Of a stretch of DNA of 64,000 nucleotides, positions 1 through 11,211 are shown one piece after another. The translations under genes and the position numbers were made by a program. This stretch comes from Nemertoderma westbladi. Taxonomy: Eukaryota; Animalia; Xenacoelomorpha. Numbering within the stretch: the stretch's first letter is position 1; the number at the start of each line of letters is the position of its first letter. Location: contig JAUCBJ010001241.1 of assembly GCA_032718475.1 (NCBI GenBank), forward strand, positions 6,485 to 70,484. Reading direction: 5' to 3'. Below the pieces are notes generated by a model that saw only the letters and a list, made by a program, of their open reading frames with translations, made no database searches and was not told the origin of the DNA.

Positions 1-164
1 TTAGCCAAAGAATTGCACTTCTTGTTTTTACAGGCAGATTTCCCTTGTGGTAGTATTCCTACAATTGCGTTTTCCTCGGATTCTAATATTTTGTATATTT
101 CTAAAATATTTGGGTATTTGGGTATACATGGGTATTTGGGCGTACACCCCCACCAAATTTTTTA

Positions 165-1663
165 GGCTATAGTTCCGTACGTCCCCCCATTTTTAAAAAG
201 ACTTGAATTGCCCGTGTATTGTCATTTAATGTTATGGAATAGATTTTTTATATTGTACTATTGCATTTATTTGTTTATTACATACAAATAGTTGATTTTT
301 TATAAAAATTACTTTATACGGTGTACTGTAACAACTGTATCTAATAGATTACGCAACTGGGTATGCACGTTTTATTGCATCAATTATATACATGAAACTA
401 TTCCTACTCTCTTTCCGCATTTGTCTCCTCCAAAGATACGTGATGATTTTGTCTGCGAACTTATCTGCGTATTCCGAACATTTGGTGCATTCGGCACGTT
501 TATTATATTTCGCACGTATCTTTATCCTGGTCTTCCGTTTGATCTGCTTTAATTTCTTCTTATGGATTTCGCATGCCTTCTGCACGCTTTCGCAATCACT
601 GCATTCCTCTTGTTCCTCGTTGATTTTAGTAGTCTTTTCCTTTGCTTCTTTTCCCAGTTTGTTCAAATCCGTTTCACATTTTTTGCAGACACTTCTCAAT
701 TTCACAGTTCTAAAGTAATCCTTTGCTGGTTTCCACGACGATTCTATCCTGTTTGTGTGTGTTCCGTCCTCAGCAACGAAAGGATTTGTCTTTGAGCTGT
801 GATTTACAACCTTATGCGTGTATTCCAGATTCTCTAGGTCGTTGTACGCCTTCCATAGATCCGTTCGTATCGTTGTTCCATCTTTAATGTGCTTCTTAAT
901 GATGGGCAATAATTCATTTGCGCTTCTTTTATTATTTGGGCAAAGAATTAACCGTAGGTCCTCTTTTCCGTCTTCTATCATTCCTAATCATCTATCATCC
1001 ATCTTCTATCATTCCAATGTCCCTCAGTCCTACGCCCTTTGTTGTGCTTTCGTTTACCAAATTTACTTTCATCGATTTGCACAATCGTTTCTGGCCCTCC
1101 CATTTGTCCCTTTGCTTCCTGTTCCTCAAGAAATCTATCTGTAATCAATTCTTGGCAGTAATTGTACCAGTCGGCTATACTCTCTTGGGACAATCGTATG
1201 TTGTCTGGTTCGTTCTCTGAATTTATAGCTATTGCTTCACGGCGACAGTAGTCGTAAGAGTCATTGACAGATTATGAGTATATTATATTAAGTACTTTTT
1301 CAGGCGCCAGTTTCACTCCCTCAAACCATGTTCCCTTTGTTATTGAAATTTCGTTGTCTCTACATTCTCCTTTTCTGCATCTAAATCTTCCAATTCCCTT
1401 AGTTTTTTCATTAAAATGCATGTCAGTGTGATGCACAGTGCATATCTTTTTTTTTGGAAGAAGATTAACTCCCTGTAACCAGTTAATTGTCGATGTCCTG
1501 TCCCTGCACACGCTGTACAAATGACGGCGATTGATAATGGAACACATTTTCTCTGCTTTTTTTAGAATGTTCTAGAATATTTAATTAGCGTCGCTCAAGA
1601 AACATGGTGTTATGGTATAGTAAAAAAATCTCACAAAATGGGGGGACGTACGGAACTGTTCCC
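165..1663 (-). mobile_element. Merlin (IS1016/IS1595-like) DNA transposon, full length
   Basis: TIRs GGCTATAGTTCCGTACGTCCCCCCATTTT (from 165) and AAAATGGGGGGACGTACGGAACTGTTCCC (to 1663). Perfect 8-bp TSD ATTTTTTA at 157-164 and 1664-1671. GG termini and an 8-bp TSD are typical of Merlin. Confidence 0.93.
349..1547 (-). pseudogene. Merlin/ISXO2-type DDE transposase, disrupted
   Basis: Track ORFs 1272-1547, 984-1193 and 349-981 join into one protein: N-terminal Zn ribbon (C..H...RCRKGEC), VQIDESKFGKRKHNKGR (D1), IRTDLWKAY (D2), VNHS, HTNRIESSW (E), YLWRR. One in-frame TAA at 1272-1274 and a frameshifting local duplication at about 985-1015. Confidence 0.92.
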
Positions 1664-3621
1664 ATTTTTTATACTAATTAGTTTTTGATAATTTCTTTTA
1701 TTGAAATGTTCTAGAAAATGTTCGCTATTTGTTTATTACTGTAATGTTCTAGAACAAATATCTTTTTAGAAAAAACTAGAGGGTTGTATTAAAATCTTAT
1801 GTGTTCGTTATATCAACAGTATTTAGTATTTTAATGATTCTCTGGAAACACTATTCTATTTTATAAAAACTAGTTAGTCCTATACACTATGTGCCACTTT
1901 GTGCGTAGAAAACGTTCAGGGGCACTATAGTAGCATAGACCCTATGTGTCTCTATGTGTTAGGTACCCACTTTTTGACCAACTTTTTTCAAATTAAATGG
2001 TTTTTATCATAAAGTTTATATTTGAAATTAGGACAGTGAGATGGTAGATAGAAAATTTGATTTTGTGTTGCTACAGTAGTACTTTTTATTAGCTAGTGAA
2101 AAAATAAAAATGTAAAATTTTTTTCTTGTAAATATTGCTGTTATCATTGCTTTTATTGTTTCTACCATAACTTTTACTAGCTATTATCATAATTTAGTTG
2201 AGGAATTTCAAAATATTAAAAAAAATTATTTTATTCACGTATTATAACCATCCCATGCTTTTTAAATACAAACCAGGCTTTTGTCTAACAAATGTTCTAG
2301 AACAAATAATATTAATATTTAACAATAAATAATATTATTTATTTATTATGTTATTTACTAGTTAGTAGATAAAATTTTGTGGGGGTGTACGCATACTGAA
2401 CCAGTACCGACTCATAATGTTAGCTAAATATTTCAACGCATTATAAACAAATTATAACATAGTAGTGCCCAATATAATACAGAGTTCTAGAAAATAATGT
2501 TGTGTTACCATGCATACAACTCAAATAACATTAATTAAAAAAATTAAGTTGTTTTTATTTTTTTTTATAAAAAGTAGCTACTATATAAAAACAATAGCTA
2601 CCATCAAAAACACTAACTACTACAAAATTTAACATGTAATGAGTCCACAATAATTAACCAAAATAAATAACCAAAAGCAGCCCAAAACAGCTATTTAAAA
2701 AAGCTTAATAATGGTGACACGGGCTACACTAGTGCCACCCCCTCGATCAGCTAATCAAAGAAGTCATACAATAAAATTATAACATTTCAAAAATTGCTAG
2801 CTACCCATGTATTTAATTTAATATTCCGATGGAACACAACGGACACAACGGACACAACGCCTATTACAATTGCTATTTAATTAAAGCAATAATACCAAAA
2901 AATGGGTGTTTGAAATACTTTTAATTCGAAGCATTTTAGTTACTATGGTGACATTTTGTAAAACGAGCCATAGAATTAGGGTCTAGGCGAAATGGCTGGG
3001 CGTGAGGGGGTCTGCCACCGTCGGGTCCCACGAGAGGAACCGCCCTCGGAACCATGGTGACGCCATCCATTAACTTGGAAGTTGAATCCTAGTGCGGAAT
3101 TTTGTTGTTTAAAACACGTAATGATTTTTTTATTGAAAAATTATTGTCCATAATTATATAATCGTTCTCATGTAAATTAATTTTAACTACCTAAACAATT
3201 GATGCGTACATGACATCAAAACATGGCATACGTGACATCAAAAATTGTCAATTTGAATTTTCAAATTAATTATTTTAAAAAAAAATTACGTTTTTCAGGT
3301 GTCCATAGGCAACAGTTTTGTGTAACCCATTGTTAACAGGAAGGATATTATATAAATGTTTCGTATTAAAAATGTTTTACAGTGACCGCATTTTTAAATT
3401 TTTTCATAATAGAACACTTTCTACTATGTGATCTCTTTTGCCGGACACCATAATAATACTACACCATTAAACGACTGATACTACACATTTTCAAGAATAT
3501 GGAGATATAACACGAAAAAATTAATACATTTCCCATACGTGCGATAAACTTTACTCACGTTTTCCATTTGGGAATGTTGGTTCACAATAACAGCAAACAA
3601 AATTTTTGTGGCACTTTCTGG

Positions 3622-3809
3622 TTTCATATCGTAGAAACAATTGCTCTTTCTAACCATCGATATCACGAATTTTCCAAGCTAATTGAAAAATTCGACAAAT
3701 CTCAAATGTGTCCCGTACGTGACATTTGAGATTTGTCGAATTTTTCAATTAGCTTGGAAAATTCGTGATATCGATGGTTAGAAAGAGCAATTGTTTCTAC
3801 GATATGAAA
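3622..3809. repeat. Perfect 88-bp inverted repeat with 12-nt loop
   Basis: 3622-3709 (TTTCATATCG...CTCAAATGT) is the reverse complement of 3722-3809; loop GTCCCGTACGTG. Confidence 0.95.
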
Positions 3810-3993
3810 TTGGTCAATATGGTTGGCCTTTGACCGACATATATTTTACAGATTTAGATACTTGAAATTAGGATTATTTCTAGTTCATTTAAAATGTCTC
3901 GCTAAAATTCCCAAACATTAAAAATATCAGTCAATGAAATGATCCTAGAAACGGTTTTCCCGGAACTCGATTAATAATATTATCAGTCACATA

Positions 3994-5320
3994 ACTGTTT
4001 CTCGAACTTATTAAGAAGGGCTTATCGCCCTTGTTTGTAAGGTGCTTACTATGGATATACGTTAACCAATCATGTACCGTCAGGTGGAATAACGTTTCGT
4101 CTGCTGCTTTTAATGTTTCGAATGGAGTTAGACAGGGGTCTGTAGCCTCACCTACCTTTTTTTGTATCATTCTGAACTTACTTATTCATAAGTTAAAAGC
4201 ATCTAACGTTGGGTGTCACATTGGTATACATTATTTCGGTGCGCTTACATATGCAGACGACATATTGTTATTGTGCCCATCTGTAGTAGGTTTACAGTTC
4301 ATGGTAAATATTTGTTTAGAATTCTGTAGTAAGTATAATTTGCGGCTCAGTACGGACTCAAACCCAAAGAAATCGAAATCAAAATGTATTCCATTTAATT
4401 TTTCATGGAAACAACCATTGTGTAATATCATGGCAAACAATAATGTACTTCCTTGGGTTAAAGAGGCAATGCATCTGGGGAATGTTATAAATTTCAAAGG
4501 TACAACCGACACCGACATAGACCGCAAACGCGGCGCATTTATCGGGAAATTGGATAATCTAAGAAATGAATTTCGATTCGCAGTACCCAGTTGCATTACT
4601 AAAATACAGAAATTATACTGCACAAGTTTTTACGGTAGCCCAATATGGGATTTATCGTCAGATAATTGTAGAAGAGTTCTTACAGCGTGGAATAACAATG
4701 TCAGATGGGTTTGGGCTTTGCCTTATAATAGCCATAGGTTTATTGTGCAACATTTAGTTAATTTTCCTCACCCTTACAGTATGCTTCGTAAACGGTTTAT
4801 TAAATTTAAAGACACAGTGCTGAATAGCGATCGGTTATGTGTAAGATTATTAGCTAATTTAACCATGTTTGATTGTCGGTCAATTTCAGGTAGGAATTTG
4901 AGACGAATAGGTAACGAATGTAATATTTCAGACCTAAATTGTATAACACCAATGTTAGCAGGCCGTTTATCGTACGTTGAAATTCCGGATGAACAGGAAT
5001 GGCGTCCGTTAATTTGTAACGAGTTATCATTAGCAATAATTAATGAATTAACGGTTCCCGGTTTCAGCTACGATGAATTAGTATATATGCGCAATTACGT
5101 TGCAACGTTCTAATATTATATTGTCTGTTGACTTGTTCACTAGGTACGTTTAATGCTTATTCTGTACATACATTTATATATCTAGGCCTCTTTTGTGCTC
5201 TTAATTTTTGCTTCATTTTTTTCCTTCTTTTTTTTCATACATACATACATACATACATATATTAATCTGTCTGTACTATTGTGTTTTAATCAATATGTAC
5301 GATAATAATAATAATAATAA
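3994..5320 (+). mobile_element. 5'-truncated non-LTR retrotransposon (RTE-X-like); RT C-terminal half open at 4031-5113
   Basis: RT motifs GVRQGSVASPTFF, YADDILLL, HLG and LYCTSFYGSPIWDL; 3' UTR ends in a (TAA)n tail at about 5302-5320. The clade call is from memory. Confidence 0.85.
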
Positions 5321-6484
5321 ATTTTTTTTTGGGGGGGGGGGGGGGGGGGGGGGAGGAATTCATTCTATCCCCTAGGCTCACAAATGCATAATCCATGGAA
5401 TACATTAAAAAAATATATAACTGCTATCTATTATATGATAATCTTAGCTATACCGAGCAGATTCAATATCGCAGTATTTGTTTCTTGAAAAGGTGTAATA
5501 TTGTATTATTGTATATCATATCTCATATCCACATTTTCCACGGTTGGAGTAGGGAGTATGCAGAGGTATTTAGTCCGGATTTCCGAAGATCAAATCCCAT
5601 TTATAATAAGAGTAGCGATTGGATCCTACTCAAGGAGTTGACTAAAAGATTTGAACCCATCGAACTACTGTGGAGGCCCTGAGTAATGTTGTGGAATTTG
5701 ATCCGGTTTAGAGTGATTCATCATTTGGGGCAGAGATGGGCCTGAAGAGTGACAAGGATTATGTGGAGAGTGATCTATCTCCAGGGTTTGCTGAATAGCT
5801 TTTCCGAGCCATGCAACAAGAGTCCAAACTTGCTCCCTGTTTGGATATGTTAATATCTGTTGGCATTGAATATGAAAGAAAATCCCAGGATTTCCACCAC
5901 TTCCCGAATCTGGGAAGGTCAAGGTCAACACCATCTCCAACTTTGTCAATATCCTTAATATCGATGGTGCAACATTTTGGCAGATCAGCATTCGGTGCAG
6001 TTTGAATTGGTTCCATACTGTATGTTGTTGGTGAATTGTAGCAAGAAGATGATCAATACATTTATTACCTACAGTTTGTCACTCGAGGGCAGCAGCCCTG
6101 ATTTTGGCCAGCAGACACTAAGAGGCGTTGTTTTGAACCGCGAGTTGCTCCTGAAACATAAGTGCATAAGTGTGGAGATGACGAATCCCCTATTCCATAG
6201 TTTCAGCATCGCTCTCAGAGACAGACTGCTGCGGGTCTGTGCGTAATTTCCTGTGAGATCGTCCACGCTACATGATGAACCAGAGACCCGAATACGGATA
6301 CGAATACACACCACTCTGTCTGTACCGAACTGAACCGAATTGGATCGAAAACGTGGCAAACTTGATCACCAAACACCGAGGTGAAAAAGATTACTTTCTT
6401 CCCATATTATGTTAAATTTAATATAATATTATTTAATCTAAATATACATACAATATTACAATGTTCTAGAGTAAATATACATAC

Positions 6485-7780
6485 ACGAAGTGGGGCCTTC
6501 GCGCAGCACGTGACTTAAATTTAATTTAAGTACTAATTCGAAAGTATTACTGTATTAGCAAATTTTAAGCAGATTTCGCCTAATCACTTTTTACCTCTTT
6601 CATTTCTATTCAGACATTTCTGACTCTAGCGGTATAGTGAGAACTGAAGATGGATTAGGGTCTCCAGCCCCACAAAGACACAGCCTATGGATGAATAGTA
6701 CATACGTACATCGGCCAAGTTTCATCTTGAATAACGGATAACGAAATGAGAGACGGATCTCACTTTCAGAAATTTCGTCGTATAGCGGCAGACCGATTAA
6801 ATCTCCCCCCCCCCCCCCCCCACAAAGACGCAGCATGTGGTCCAGAATATATGGCAAGATTCAGCTTAAACTGATTAAAATCAATGAGACGGGAGAATCT
6901 ATTCACTTTCAGGCATAAAGTAGTCCTATAGCGGGTGACTGTTGAACTGATTTTCAACAAAACAAATTTTCAACTTGGCAGCTTTAAATTCGACAAAGTT
7001 ATAAGTATGTCAATATCATAACGACGACAACGATTTCACTTTCAGACATTTGGCCCTCTAGCGGCAGACTGGAGAACTGCAGATGGATTCGCCTCCTTTG
7101 AAAGTCACAGCTAATGGTCTAATACATATCTGCCAAGTTTCAGCTTAAACGGATTAAAAGCAAAGAAATGGGAGGGCATTTAATGTTTAGACATGTGGCC
7201 CTCTAGCGGGAGACCATTGCACTGATGGTGTCTGAAAGTCTCTCAAAAATCTCAACTTTAGCTCATATTGATACCTACAAATTTTCAACTTGGCAGCTTT
7301 AAATCCGACAAAGTTATTAGCATGTCAAAATCGTAACGACGACAACGATTTCACTTTCAGACCTTTGGCCCTCTAGCGGCAGACTGGAGAACTGCAGATG
7401 GATTCGCCTCCTTTGAAAGTCACAGCTAATGGTCTAATACATATCTGCCAAGTTTCAGCTTAAACGGATTAAAAGCAAAGAAATGGGAGGGCATTTAATG
7501 TTTAGACATGTGGCCCTCTAGCGGGAGACCATTGCACTGATGGTGTCTGAAAGTCTCTCAAAAATCTCAACTTTTGCTCATATTGATGATACCTACAAAT
7601 TTTCAACTTGGCAGCTTTAAATCCGACAAAGTTATTAGCATGTCAAAATCGTAACGACGACGACAACGACGACGACGACGACGACGACAACGACGACGAC
7701 GACAACTATTTGCATAAATTGACCCACCCCCTAACAGTGTCAATTCGCTAAGGCTCCGCCAACTTCGTGGCTCGCCCCAC
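6485..7780 (+). mobile_element. Helentron-associated non-autonomous element (HINE-like) with internal tandem repeats
   Basis: Subterminal IR GGGGCCTTCGCG (6492-6503) versus CGCTAAGGCTCC (7746-7757). Internal ~315-bp repeats (CAACTTGGCAGC at 6971, 7286, 7604) built from ~150-bp subunits sharing CAGACAT..CTCTAGCGG. (GAC)n microsatellite at 7655-7705 and 3' hairpin GCCAACTTCGTGGC. Confidence 0.65.
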
Positions 7781-7781
7781 A

Positions 7782-8009
7782 ATATTGCAATTCTAGAGTT
7801 AATATACGGAAATAATAACCTGAAGCGAATAAAACTAAATAATCACTGATGCCGTTCCAGAAGCAAATTAACCTGTATAATTACCGAGGCCGCAGGCCGA
7901 GGTTATTATATTAGGTTAATTTGCTGAAGGATAAGGCAGAAGTGATTATTACAGTTTTATTCGCTGAATGTTTTTATTTCCGTATATCAACTTTAGAACA
8001 TTACAATAT
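7782..8009. mobile_element. Imperfect ~230-bp palindromic element with central GGCCGCAGGCC hairpin (Crypton-like MITE?)
   Basis: Paired blocks ATATACGGAAATAA/TTATTTCCGTATAT, GCGAATAAAACT/AGTTTTATTCGC, AATAATCACT/AGTGATTATT and GCAAATTAACCT/AGGTTAATTTGC around CCGAGGCCGCAGGCCGAGG. Confidence 0.7.
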
Positions 8010-8410
8010 ACGATCTAAAAAAGTAATTATGGAGTTTAAAAATAATCCTAAAAATGGGTTAAAATCCTTTAAAAATATTTACCATATAATGACCATGGGA
8101 TAATACATTTAATGTTAATAGCCCCCCGAAAACCCTGCCCACTCTCTGTATACATATTATATATGGACATATCTCTATATCTCATATCAAAGATAACTTT
8201 TAGTTTGAAATAAATGCATTGCAATTTTAACGTATTATTTCAACATTAGTTTTATTTATATTAATTTTAAGAACATTATATATTGAATTGAATTAAAATT
8301 TTAACTGAATCTTAGAAACTTTTTATTTGTATTGGCTCTCATATCAAATAAATATTAATTATTTAATAAAAAATGCCATCTCGAGCGCTTTAAAATACAA
8401 GTCTACAATC

Positions 8411-9446
8411 TATACACCATGTCCCAGAATATAGTGTCGTAATTCAGTGACACGCCCCCCCCCCCCCCCCCCCTAATTTTTCTACAAATCGTAATGAGAT
8501 TGCATGAAATTTGAAACAGAGATAGTTTCACCTCCCGACCACTGACTGGGTGAGCCAGAATTTTTATTTTTGCTTTCAATCTTTAGCTACATGCTTTTAA
8601 AATAGTGTCTCCAGCGATATTTCACCAGTTACACCGCAGTTATTCTTCTACCTTATAGCTGTTTGTTGGTACCAATGAAAAGCTGGCCCTGCAAGGATTC
8701 CAAATATGTAACACAATTTGAATTTCGTTGAAAAATAGTGAACTGTGATTATTAATACTGACAACATAACCCTGTCATTTTCAACGGCCTTCGGCCTAAC
8801 ATATCCAGTACTAGCTCAGCAGCCCACGGACGCGACGACGCGTACAATTCGCACACCGCACCGGTCGGGATTCACTACTGCCAACTCTAAGGGGATTCCG
8901 TCACATTATTCTATTAATAAATAAACCATATTCTGGAACATTTTTTAAATGATGAATAGCTACGTAATAGTATGATTAAAGATGTAATGCATTGTTGCCC
9001 AGCTACGTATTTGGATAAACAAAGTATTCCAAATTATGATGCATTTATTAAATATAATAAAATAGCCTCGCGCAGGTGCATAACCAAACCATGCAACATT
9101 TGAACGCCCATATCTCAGCTATTTTTCAACAAAATTCAAATTGTGTTACATATTTGAAATCCTTGCAGGGCCAGCTTTCCATTGGTACCAACAAACAGCT
9201 ATAAGGTAGAAGAATAACTGCGGTGTAACTGGTGTAATATCGCTGGAGACACTTTTTTTTAAACGCCTGTAACTAAAGATTGAAAGCAAAAATAAAAATT
9301 TTGGCTCACCCAGTCAGTAGTGGTCGGGAGGTGAAACTATCTCTGTTTCAAATTTCATGCAATCTCATTACGATTTGTAGAAAAATTAGGGGGGGGGGGG
9401 TCCGTGTCACTGAATTACGACACTATATTCTGGTACATGGTCTATA
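8411..9446. mobile_element. Tc1/mariner-like MITE with ~330-bp TIRs
   Basis: TATACACCATGTCCCAGAATATAGTGTCGTAATTCAGTGACAC at 8411 mirrors ...GTGTCACTGAATTACGACACTATATTCTGGTACATGGTCTATA ending 9446. Arms about 8411-8740 and 9115-9446 are nearly identical; TA at both ends; no ORF. Confidence 0.9.
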
Positions 9447-9854
9447 GGTAGGAGGACCGAAACGCAACCATATTTTTGACAAATTAATTATTTTTGCCCT
9501 AGTTCTATCCCTGTATATCTGTAAAAGTGTAAAATGAATAATACAAAAAATAATAAACAATTTATGGAGATTTTATTAGCCATATGTTTTATGTAAATAT
9601 CGTCCAGTGTCTCTTTGTGGCCATGATGTAATTTAAGCAATAATTCCAAGCACACATAACGCTGCAGTAATTATAAATTCAGTAATAAGCTGTAGAATAC
9701 ACTGTAGACTCGACATCTTGCTGTGGCACTCAGCTGTATATAGAACACATGTTGTTATATATATAATCACACTGTATCTCTATAAAGACGTTATGTGTGC
9801 TTGTTAAACATATTGTATCGCTCTACTACTATATAAAAAATACAGTACAATATT

Positions 9855-10477
9855 CAGGGGCGGCGCTAGAGCCCTGGAATATCTTAAATTTTATTTAATG
9901 TGTTGAAAGAGCATTGACGTAGAAATGGTTTGCACATTGCACGTAATTTGTGCAAAATCCATGCACGCACTCAAAAGTTATGGCAAATTTAGTCTCTGCG
10001 CGACGTTCTCCAAAATGCAATATCCATTATTGGTTTATGTTGTTAAGCGGCTCTCTAGTTACGTAAGAAATATTCGAGAACACTAAATTATTAAAGTTGA
10101 GTAAGGCAGCATCAGAGTTGAAGAGTACCGGTACAGTAATTTGAATTGCAGTAACTATGGAAGCAATATAGTAAAATAATATAGATCAATTTATTTTGTA
10201 CTAATTTATATCGCTGTACGTTTTATTAAAGAATTAAAGCAACAAAAAAAAGTACCAATTTAAGAATAAACCTTGTTGATGCTCGGTAAAAAATTTCCTC
10301 GAGAATAGTGAAAAAAAGTTATACTTTTCCCATGTAATAAATAATTATATGAAACAGTAAATATATGTGAGTGGTCATAATTTTTTTTAGGGGAACCATT
10401 TTTGATTTTAGGGGCACCCAGTCTTTTTCTTTCAGAGGAGGGGGGTGGGTTAGGAGCATATCCTAACGCCGGCACTG
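9855..10477. mobile_element. hAT-like MITE
   Basis: TIR CAGGGGCGGCGCTAG versus reverse-complement CAGTGCCGGCGTTAG; degenerate 8-bp TSD ACAATATT / AGCATATT (6/8). Confidence 0.6.
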
Positions 10478-10544
10478 AGCATATTTTTGCCTAAAATTAT
10501 CATTGTTCACGGAAACCATTGTGACTCGAGTGGTGGGACATGTG

Positions 10545-10705
10545 TTGCCCGGAACTAGCACACTGAGGGACTCTCTTCCATTCCGTCCCCGACTCTCTAC
10601 TAATTATTAGAGCGGAAGTGGTCAATAACTAACAAGGCTCCTGTCCTGTGCTCAAACTTTTACTATTTAAGAGTTCATCTACCACTCGTCGTCAACCAAT
10701 CATTA
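10545..10705 (+). promoter_or_regulatory. Candidate TATA-less promoter of PGD
   Basis: ETS-type cores CCGGAA (~10549) and GCGGAAGTG (~10612) and a CCAATCA box (~10696) cluster upstream of candidate 5'-UTR donors (CAG|GTATAC 10875, CAG|GTAGGT 10972) and an acceptor CAG at 11205-11207. Confidence 0.4.
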
Positions 10706-11211
10706 GGCTAGAATTTATGGGTTTAACCCAGCTGTTTTATATGAAATGCATTTAATTGGTTATTGCTTGGCTACCCTTGTAAACATACTGTATACTGCTG
10801 TTATTATGTTGCTATATGAAGAATGGCCTGACAGTGAGGAATTGAGCCTAGGCCTACCATCAGTTCAACCACAGGTATACATACCGGCTACTGCTTCACG
10901 GTTATGCGGTACCTTATTGCCTGCTTGCATTGAGGTGTGCTATGCCTACAGCCTAATATTACATTACACAGGTAGGTAGGTAGCTATTCTATAATGATCC
11001 AAATTTCACGGCCAGCGCCAGGCTTTGATATCTTATCTAATTATTGATTTGTTTACATTCTTTCATTCAGTTTGTTTACATTTATTAGAGTATCGACGGT
11101 ATAGTTTTCTATAAATTGTTATTTGGTTTCTTTACCTTTGTACATTATCACACGTGTCTATATTATACAGTAATATTGTAGTCGTTACTGTTTCCTTACG
11201 AACTCAGCAAC

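Larger units (their letters stand above)
130..2402. mobile_element. Outer non-autonomous TIR element (Merlin-like ends) hosting the Merlin copy
   Basis: GCGTACACCCCCACCAAATTT at 140-160 is the reverse complement of AAATTTTGTGGGGGTGTACGC at 2372-2392 with 1 mismatch. No TSD found. Confidence 0.55.

Noticed and set aside
5560-6360. Higher-GC tract with several short ORFs
   Set aside because: Possibly a very decayed minus-strand LINE, but no diagnostic motif could be read reliably.
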